Shown: in pieces, positions 1 through 5,218 of the stretch
Numbering within the stretch: the first letter of the stretch is position 1
Layout: the number at the start of each line of letters is the position of its first letter
IMG/VR virus record: IMGVR_UViG_3300044641_003190
Location: 1 to 64,000 of that record
Source: a virus
Direction: 5' to 3' (one strand)
Length of the DNA stretch: 64,000 nt
Notes under the pieces: model-generated
What the model was told of the DNA's origin: nothing
The model's database searches: none
What the model saw: the letters and a program-made list of their open reading frames with translations, nothing else
Translations under genes and position numbers: made by a program

Positions 1-68
1 ACGTCTGAGATAGCAGACTTATTTGGAACGTGTGATTTACACACTTGGATTATTACATTTGAGTTCAT
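1..68 (-). CDS. Microprotein, partial (continues off the left edge)
   Basis: Translated by hand: ATG at 68 behind SD AGAAAGGAG, reading MNSNVIIQVCKSHVPNKSAISD... with no stop inside the window. Confidence 0.7.
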   Translation of the reverse strand, partial: MNSNVIIQVCKSHVPNKSAISD

Positions 69-118
69 TAGAACTCCTTTCTAGTTTGAGAACCTTTCTC
101 AACTTTCTTTATACTAGA

Positions 119-140
119 AGTATAACACCTACCACTGACA
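119..140 (-). promoter_or_regulatory. PafBC/RecA-NDp-type promoter 1
   Basis: Minus strand reads TGTCAG-tggtaggtgt-TATACT (N10 spacer), upstream of the ORF at 68. Confidence 0.75.
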
Positions 141-180
141 TTTACTGACCAGTAACCATACCAAAACGGACATTTGGGAT

Positions 181-196
181 TGTGATAAACCTCACA
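181..196. promoter_or_regulatory. CRP/GlxR-type box
   Basis: TGTGA-taaacc-TCACA, perfect consensus. Confidence 0.7.
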
Positions 197-222
197 CGGA
201 TTTTTCACGCTCAAATTTTCCA

Positions 223-238
223 GGTGATTAATCTCACA
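223..238. promoter_or_regulatory. CRP/GlxR-type box
   Basis: GGTGA-ttaatc-TCACA, one mismatch, 42 bp from the previous box. Confidence 0.6.
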
Positions 239-245
239 TCTTAAA

Positions 246-283
246 CGACACGCCCGACAGAGGCGCCTCGCTCGGGCGTGTCG
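246..283. repeat. 38-bp GC-rich palindrome with GACAC motifs
   Basis: CGACACGCCCGA-ca-GAGGCGCCTC-gc-TCGGGCGTGTCG. Confidence 0.85.
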
Positions 284-311
284 CCACGCCGTTGCGAGTT
301 AATTTAATTTA

Positions 312-503
312 TTAAAAATTAAACTCTAAAGAATTTGCGCCAGTTGCTTTTGCAAATCTCTCTGGGTCAAATCTCGGATTATCTTTTTCAAACATTTCAG
401 AAAACTCATCTACCAAATCGTTAAATATTGCGGGATGAATTTCATCCGAATATTGTTTTAAAATGTTAGCAGTTTCCTGATAATCTTTTCTAGTCATTGT
501 CAT
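312..503 (-). CDS. Hypothetical microprotein (MTRKDY...DNPRFDPERF type)
   Basis: ORF track, AGGAG SD, TAATG coupling to the upstream ORF. Confidence 0.8.
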   Translation of the reverse strand: MTMTRKDYQETANILKQYSDEIHPAIFNDLVDEFSEMFEKDNPRFDPERFAKATGANSLEFNF

Positions 504-673
504 TATTTAATTCTCCTTAAAAATCTAGGAGTTTTAATTGGATACTTTTTAAAATATCTAATTGCATAAATTAAAACTGCGGCGGTGATAGCAAAGCCCC
601 AAGTAAAATCAAAGCCTGCCCAAGGTGAGTAAAAACCTAAGCCCCACTCATTTATTTCGATTGTTATTTCCAT
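503..673 (-). CDS. 56-aa membrane microprotein (not in ORF track)
   Basis: MEITIEINEWGLGFYSPWAGFDFTWGFAITAAVLIYAIRYFKKYPIKTPRFLRRIK; SD GAAAGGA; hydrophobic stretch followed by a basic tail; TAATG overlap at 503. Confidence 0.75.
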   Translation of the reverse strand: MEITIEINEWGLGFYSPWAGFDFTWGFAITAAVLIYAIRYFKKYPIKTPRFLRRIK

Positions 674-698
674 TAGTTAGTTTTCCTTTCGTAGTTTA

Positions 699-720
699 AT
701 TCTATCGGTTAGCCCTGACA
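699..720 (-). promoter_or_regulatory. PafBC/RecA-NDp-type promoter 2
   Basis: TGTCAG-ggctaaccga-TAGAAT; a TTGACA also lies 18 nt upstream of the -10. Confidence 0.7.
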
Positions 721-724
721 ATTG

Positions 725-865
725 TCAAGACCTCCAAACATATCCAACAAGGTCACAAGTGCGACCCTCTAGAGTTTGCTTACAGTTTGAGTAAATCGGA
801 TCGGTTAGAATATCAAAGGACACAATACCCGAGCAGATGAGAAGGGAAGCGATTATAGATTTCAT
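725..865 (-). CDS. 46-aa microprotein with hydrophobic N-terminus (not in ORF track)
   Basis: MKSIIASLLICSGIVSFDILTDPIYSNCKQTLEGRTCDLVGYVWRS; TAATG overlap at 865. Confidence 0.65.
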   Translation of the reverse strand: MKSIIASLLICSGIVSFDILTDPIYSNCKQTLEGRTCDLVGYVWRS

Positions 866-1053
866 TATTGCTTTCTCCCCATGATAGAGCCACCAATAGC
901 CAAGACATCACAAGCAAAGCTAACCTTAGTGCCTTTACTTAATCGGTTAGGTAATTCTTCTATGAATAACCTTACAGCGTTTTTATTGGCTAGGCTAATA
1001 TTCATTACCTCACCGCTATAAGTTTCTAATCTAACTTGGTATCCTGATTTCAT
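865..1053 (-). CDS. Hypothetical microprotein
   Basis: ORF track; TAATG-coupled on both sides. Confidence 0.75.
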   Translation of the reverse strand: MKSGYQVRLETYSGEVMNISLANKNAVRLFIEELPNRLSKGTKVSFACDVLAIGGSIMGRKQ

Positions 1054-1214
1054 TATTTATTATCCTGTTCTATCTTATGGACTAAGTATTCAAACTTAAT
1101 AGGTGGATTAACTGAGTTTAACTCGTCTATAGTCTTAACTATATCTTTAATACTATTAGAGGTTAATGTACCTTTTTGCAAAGAGCCTTGCCAAATTGAG
1201 TAAGTTAGTTTCAT
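1053..1214 (-). CDS. 53-aa microprotein (not in ORF track)
   Basis: MKLTYSIWQGSLQKGTLTSNSIKDIVKTIDELNSVNPPIKFEYLVHKIEQDNK; SD GAGGAG; TAATG overlap at 1053. Confidence 0.75.
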   Translation of the reverse strand: MKLTYSIWQGSLQKGTLTSNSIKDIVKTIDELNSVNPPIKFEYLVHKIEQDNK

Positions 1215-1343
1215 TTAGTTATTCTCCTCTACATTAAAGTTATTGGTTAAAGCATTGTTTGCCTTAGTTAGGGCAAGGATAGCGTCCCTTAGACTTTTGG
1301 CTCTTTCAGCCTCTATCATTTCTTTATATTGTTGTATATTCAT
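1215..1343 (-). CDS. 42-aa helical microprotein (not in ORF track)
   Basis: MNIQQYKEMIEAERAKSLRDAILALTKANNALTNNFNVEENN; SD AGAAAGGA; abuts the next ORF. Confidence 0.7.
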   Translation of the reverse strand: MNIQQYKEMIEAERAKSLRDAILALTKANNALTNNFNVEENN

Positions 1344-1385
1344 TTAGTTTATCCTTTCTAGATAACTTTCATTTTGTTGTCTGTA

Positions 1386-1407
1386 AGACTATCAGACTTG
1401 ACCGACA
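1386..1407 (-). promoter_or_regulatory. PafBC/RecA-NDp-type promoter 3
   Basis: TGTCGG-tcaagtctga-TAGTCT. Confidence 0.75.
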
Positions 1408-1435
1408 TTATCAAGCCGACACGCATGGCGTGGGG

Positions 1436-1451
1436 TGTGATTTAGTTCACA
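1436..1451. promoter_or_regulatory. CRP/GlxR-type box
   Basis: TGTGA-tttagt-TCACA, perfect; overlaps the stop of ORF 1442-1642. Confidence 0.7.
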
Positions 1452-1642
1452 CGATTAGCGATAAGCCATTGGCTTTCGCTAGGGCTTAGGTATTTATGAG
1501 ATACGCAACCCTCTTTAGTAGAGAGTAACTCTAGATAAGCCTTACGGCTTATGTAGTTACCTACACTATTGCGAAACACTAGGCTATTGCCTGTGTTACT
1601 AGTAGCCATTGGGTGGCTAGCATCTATAATCATTTGAGACAT
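1442..1642 (-). CDS. Hypothetical microprotein
   Basis: ORF track, SD AGAAAGGAG. Confidence 0.75.
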   Translation of the reverse strand: MSQMIIDASHPMATSNTGNSLVFRNSVGNYISRKAYLELLSTKEGCVSHKYLSPSESQWLIANRVN

Positions 1643-1693
1643 TTTGTCTCCTTTCTAGTTTAAGGACTTTCCTTAACTTTCTTTATACATAGT

Positions 1694-1715
1694 ATTCTAG
1701 CAGAGGGTACTGACA
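1694..1715 (-). promoter_or_regulatory. PafBC/RecA-NDp-type promoter 4
   Basis: TGTCAG-taccctctgc-TAGAAT. Confidence 0.75.
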
Positions 1716-1753
1716 TTTTGGGGTGTTTTTCGGGCGTGTCGGGAAATTATTTT

Positions 1754-1769
1754 TGTGAGTTACATCACA
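1754..1769. promoter_or_regulatory. CRP/GlxR-type box
   Basis: TGTGA-gttaca-TCACA, perfect. Confidence 0.7.
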
Positions 1770-1826
1770 TAGGGGGGTATTACTGAGTAGTATGTCCGAT
1801 TTGTGCCCATTATATGTGCTCGCTAT

Positions 1827-1842
1827 TCGAACATGTGTTCGG
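1827..1842. promoter_or_regulatory. Actinobacterial LexA (SOS) box
   Basis: TCGAAC-ATGT-GTTCGG versus consensus TCGAAC-N4-GTTCGA. Confidence 0.65.
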
Positions 1843-1909
1843 TCTCAAAATAGTGCATCATACAAATTAAAAATTTATTAACATTTTGGGTATTTTAGAT
1901 CGGGAAGGG

Positions 1910-1939
1910 TTGACATAAAATTTACCTTGCTGTTATACT
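1910..1939 (+). promoter_or_regulatory. Sigma70-type promoter
   Basis: TTGACA-18 nt-TATACT with extended TG. Confidence 0.7.
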
Positions 1940-1942
1940 GGA

Positions 1943-2076
1943 GGAAAGGTTTTTGGGGGTTTACACTAAGACTCAATACACCAAGTAATTCTTGGGAGTT
2001 TAGTGAAGCTTCTCTCTTCTCACCATAAGAATTTAATTTATGGGGGGAGGGGGGGTTTTGCTAAAATCTAATTCCC
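1943..2076 (+). ncRNA. Candidate structured ncRNA (multi-stem, rich in G-U pairs)
   Basis: Directly downstream of a promoter, no ORF; three stems fold by hand on the + strand only. Confidence 0.5.
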
Positions 2077-2225
2077 AAGTATAAGTATAGAATACAAGAT
2101 AGAAAAGATAAAGCTTTAATATAATAAATACCTATATATGTTACTCATCAGTAACATAGTACTATATATATAAACAGGGCATATCATAGATAGACATACT
2201 TTGATCCATATGATACTATGGATAT

Positions 2226-2390
2226 ATGGAAGCAATAATCGTATATATATGTATAGCTATAGCTATTACTTTGATAGAGACTTTTGACTCACTTAGGGAT
2301 AAAGGTTATAACCCGTCCGCCATCGATAGAGATCATGATGGATGGATCCAAGAAGGAACTAAATGGGAAAGACGCTCCCGCCGACTTTAA
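2226..2390 (+). CDS. 54-aa membrane-anchored microprotein with a DxDxDG loop (not in ORF track)
   Basis: MEAIIVYICIAIAITLIETFDSLRDKGYNPSAIDRDHDGWIQEGTKWERRSRRL; TG-a-TACTAT lies 6 nt before the ATG. Confidence 0.7.
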   Translation: MEAIIVYICIAIAITLIETFDSLRDKGYNPSAIDRDHDGWIQEGTKWERRSRRL

Positions 2391-2589
2391 AATGTAATTA
2401 TTGCGATAATAACGCATATACTTCAAAATTAAACTCTAGAGGAATAATTATAGGGTACTGTCATCCATGTTTCGAAATTCACTACTGGGTGTCCACATTA
2501 TGAGAAATTTGTTAATAATGGTAGCTTCTCTATATCTAGTCTTCTGCCTGCTATTGCTTATCTAATATCCAGTATGGTATTCTGAATAT

Positions 2590-3216
2590 ATGAAAAAAGA
2601 AGAAGTAGATTTACTTATCCTTACACCAGGCCATGGCGCAAAATCTGGCTACGTGAGATCCCTTGTTAAAACTCTAGATGCCTTGAATGAGGCCAATATT
2701 TCTTATGCTTATTATATGAGAGCTTCCTCCCATGTTTCAGTAGCTAGACAAAAAACACTAGACCACGCAATGGATGACTATATGTTCAGATACAAGAAGA
2801 TGCTTTGGATAGACTCAGATATCGAGTGGGAACCTGAAGATGTATTTAAACTTTATAATTCAAAAGAGAAAATTATATCTGGAGCCTACCTATCATCTGA
2901 TGGGTATGTAGCTGCTTCCGAGACAGAGGTATTTGCTCAAAGATTTCACTACGATGACTTTTTGAAAAAGACTGGCGTAATAGAAGCAAAGAGAATAGGT
3001 TTTGGTTTTGTTATGATATCCAAGGGTGTGTTTGAGTCCATTAAAAGACCTTACTGGGAAAAGCATAAAAGTGAAGATTGGATAACTGGAGAAGACATAG
3101 CTTTTTGCGAGAATGCCTATGAGGCGGATCATAAAATTTATTTAGATACTAGTGTTAAAGTTAATCACTATAAAACAACAGTTCTTACATGGCATGGTTG
3201 GCAAAGTCCAGCATAA
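2590..3216 (+). CDS. Glycosyltransferase, GT-A fold
   Basis: WIDSDI DxD motif, GFGFVMI, GEDIAFC, VNHYK; paralog of 25746-26420. Confidence 0.75.
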   Translation: MKKEEVDLLILTPGHGAKSGYVRSLVKTLDALNEANISYAYYMRASSHVSVARQKTLDHAMDDYMFRYKKMLWIDSDIEWEPEDVFKLYNSKEKIISGAYLSSDGYVAASETEVFAQRFHYDDFLKKTGVIEAKRIGFGFVMISKGVFESIKRPYWEKHKSEDWITGEDIAFCENAYEADHKIYLDTSVKVNHYKTTVLTWHGWQSPA

Positions 3217-3323
3217 ATCTTTGTAGTATCATATATAAATAAACAGGGCATATTACTTAGTTTGTAAAATATGTATATTTATCTTATAATAGATTACTAA
3301 CCTAAAAATTAGGGGAGGTAATC

Positions 3324-3467
3324 ATGTCCAAAAAACAATATCTATCATCTGTAATTCAAAAGATGATCCAATCAGGTCAATATATCACTTCAGAGCAAAA
3401 ATTGAATTTCGACGGGATGTCAGAAGATATCCTTATTGCCTTAGAGAGTTATGATCCTAACTCCTAG
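3324..3467 (+). CDS. 47-aa microprotein (not in ORF track)
   Basis: Strong SD GGGGAGGT; MSKKQYLSSVIQKMIQSGQYITSEQKLNFDGMSEDILIALESYDPNS. Confidence 0.65.
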   Translation: MSKKQYLSSVIQKMIQSGQYITSEQKLNFDGMSEDILIALESYDPNS

Positions 3468-3471
3468 GATA

Positions 3472-3852
3472 CTACTCTAATACTATATCTACAGTAGTTC
3501 TGGCTAATTCAGACTCAGTCCAAAGACCTACCTTTGAATCACCCATATAGCCTTTAGCCATTCCTTTTTCTACCATTTGGTCATTGATCGATTTCTCGGA
3601 GTTAATATAAATTTTTGCTAGGTATCTACCATATTTATCAGGTTTAAATACTTCAAGCTTTACCGTCTTATCAACTAGTAGCTTGGTTAAATACTCTTTA
3701 GTAGCTTTTCCATATGGTGTATTTTTCTCGGCGGTATCAACACCTACTAGACGCATACGTTCTTGACGCCATACCTTAAATCCCAAATCAACAAATACAT
3801 CTACTGTATCTCCATCTACTACATTACTTACCTTAGTGAAATATGTATACAT
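3472..3852 (-). CDS. Thermonuclease (staphylococcal nuclease-like)
   Basis: VVDGDT, RLVGVDTAE and DKYGRYLA motifs. Confidence 0.9.
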   Translation of the reverse strand: MYTYFTKVSNVVDGDTVDVFVDLGFKVWRQERMRLVGVDTAEKNTPYGKATKEYLTKLLVDKTVKLEVFKPDKYGRYLAKIYINSEKSINDQMVEKGMAKGYMGDSKVGLWTESELARTTVDIVLE

Positions 3853-4229
3853 TATCTTATAAAACTCCCATTCCAGAATTTATCCATATCGGACATGTCG
3901 TTATCATTATTATCCATAGAATTAGGTGTGTCCCCATTTTCGGCGTTCACTAATCCATCTGGAATAGCAGCTAATCTGCATAATCCATTCTCTTCTACAT
4001 TAAATGAAACTATTTTACATCCTAGTTCCGTAGTTCCAGAAAGCTCTACATGAAATGAGCAGTTTCCGCATCTTACTCCAATAGAAGCATTATCGTTATT
4101 AGATCCATTTTCATATCCGACCCAAACACTGCCGCTGCCTTTATCAAAAGGTCCAAATTTATCTACTACGCCAAGTAGGGCGTCATGGTAGGCCTTTTCA
4201 ACAGGGGCTAACTGGTCATATAATTCCAT
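3852..4229 (-). CDS. Cys-rich protein with a HiPIP-like motif
   Basis: C-x2-C-x13-C-x10-G-L-C; start moved to Met at 4229 because TATAAT lies 6 nt upstream. Confidence 0.65.
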   Translation of the reverse strand: MELYDQLAPVEKAYHDALLGVVDKFGPFDKGSGSVWVGYENGSNNDNASIGVRCGNCSFHVELSGTTELGCKIVSFNVEENGLCRLAAIPDGLVNAENGDTPNSMDNNDNDMSDMDKFWNGSFIR

Positions 4230-4330
4230 GCTTAAATTATACATGGAAAAGGGTTCTTACCCCTATTTTTCGGCGCACTTCACTTCCGCTTATATGGACA
4301 TAAAAATAAAATATTTGATATAATAATACT

Positions 4331-4381
4331 AGTACCTCGCTTCGGGGGGTGCTAAATTAACTCGCTTAAAAGGAGCAAAAA
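4331..4381 (+). promoter_or_regulatory. ROSE-like RNA thermometer in the hsp20 leader
   Basis: cUUCGg hairpin at 4331-4353, then CUCGCU pairing with the AGGAG SD with a bulged G (4361-4375). Confidence 0.55.
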
Positions 4382-4804
4382 ATGGTTACAACTTATACAT
4401 GGGATCTTTTCAAAGACCCATTTTTCATAGGGTTCGATAGAGCCCTGGATACCTGGAATCACGTCCAGAGTTCATCCACAGTTACAAATTACCCACCATA
4501 TAATCTAATCAAGGTAGATGAGGACAACTTTATTGTTGAACTTGCTTTGGCTGGATTTACCAAGACGGATATTGATATTTCAGTGTCTGAAGGAAAACTC
4601 ATCGTAAAGGGAGAGACAAATACGGAGGATAACGATTCGAAGTTTATCCACCGTGGTATCGCTGCCCGTAAATTTACCCGTGAGTGGGCCCTTGGTGAAT
4701 ATATGGAGGTAAAAGCAGCTGAGCTAAAGGATGGTATGCTAAAAATTGAAATTGAGCGTATTCTTCCAGAAGAAAAGAAGCCTAGACAAATAAAAGTTAA
4801 ATAG
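4382..4804 (+). CDS. Small heat shock protein Hsp20 (IbpA-like)
   Basis: NYPPYNLIK, ELALAGF, HRGIAARKF, AELKDGMLKI. Confidence 0.95.
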   Translation: MVTTYTWDLFKDPFFIGFDRALDTWNHVQSSSTVTNYPPYNLIKVDEDNFIVELALAGFTKTDIDISVSEGKLIVKGETNTEDNDSKFIHRGIAARKFTREWALGEYMEVKAAELKDGMLKIEIERILPEEKKPRQIKVK

Positions 4805-4817
4805 GCTATAATGTAAA

Positions 4818-4899
4818 TGTGCTTTTCTATTCGGACCATGCCTTAAAAGCTACGGTGAAAAGCATAAGGGACCTGAGCATTGTCCATGTAAACGGCTCA
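4818..4899 (+). ncRNA. Candidate small RNA: hairpin plus H-type pseudoknot
   Basis: TATAAT at 4807-4812; stem 4818-4827/4857-4866; GGAC/GTCC and TGAGC/GCTCA crossing helices. Confidence 0.4.
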
Positions 4900-4964
4900 T
4901 TTATTATCTTGATAATTTAATAAATACTAATAGTGTCAATAGGCACTAGAAAAGGAAAACATAT

Positions 4965-5216
4965 ATGTCAGAACAAATTAAAAATGCATTAGCTTCATAC
5001 GGACGTTCAGTAATTGGAGCAGCAACAGCTTTATACATGGCTGGTGTAACAGATCCTGCAGATCTATCTAAGGCTTTACTAGCTGCCCTAATCCCAGTTG
5101 CATTACGTGCAATCAATCCAAATGATAAAGCTTTTGGAAGAATGCCAGCAACATCAGATGTTGAGGAAGCTCTTAAGTCTGTTAAAAAGCCTTCAAAGAA
5201 AAAGGCGGCTAAGTAA
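4965..5216 (+). CDS. Putative holin
   Basis: 83 aa, two hydrophobic segments, basic C-terminus, directly upstream of the endolysin. Confidence 0.6.
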   Translation: MSEQIKNALASYGRSVIGAATALYMAGVTDPADLSKALLAALIPVALRAINPNDKAFGRMPATSDVEEALKSVKKPSKKKAAK

Positions 5217-5218
5217 TA

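Noticed and set aside
31-46. Possible fifth CRP box TGTGA-tttaca-CACTT
   Set aside because: The right half-site is poor at N6 spacing and it lies within a coding frame
2042-2055. G-runs as a G-quadruplex or sequencing artefact
   Set aside because: Only two adjacent runs, and they are better explained by pairing with the upstream pyrimidine tract
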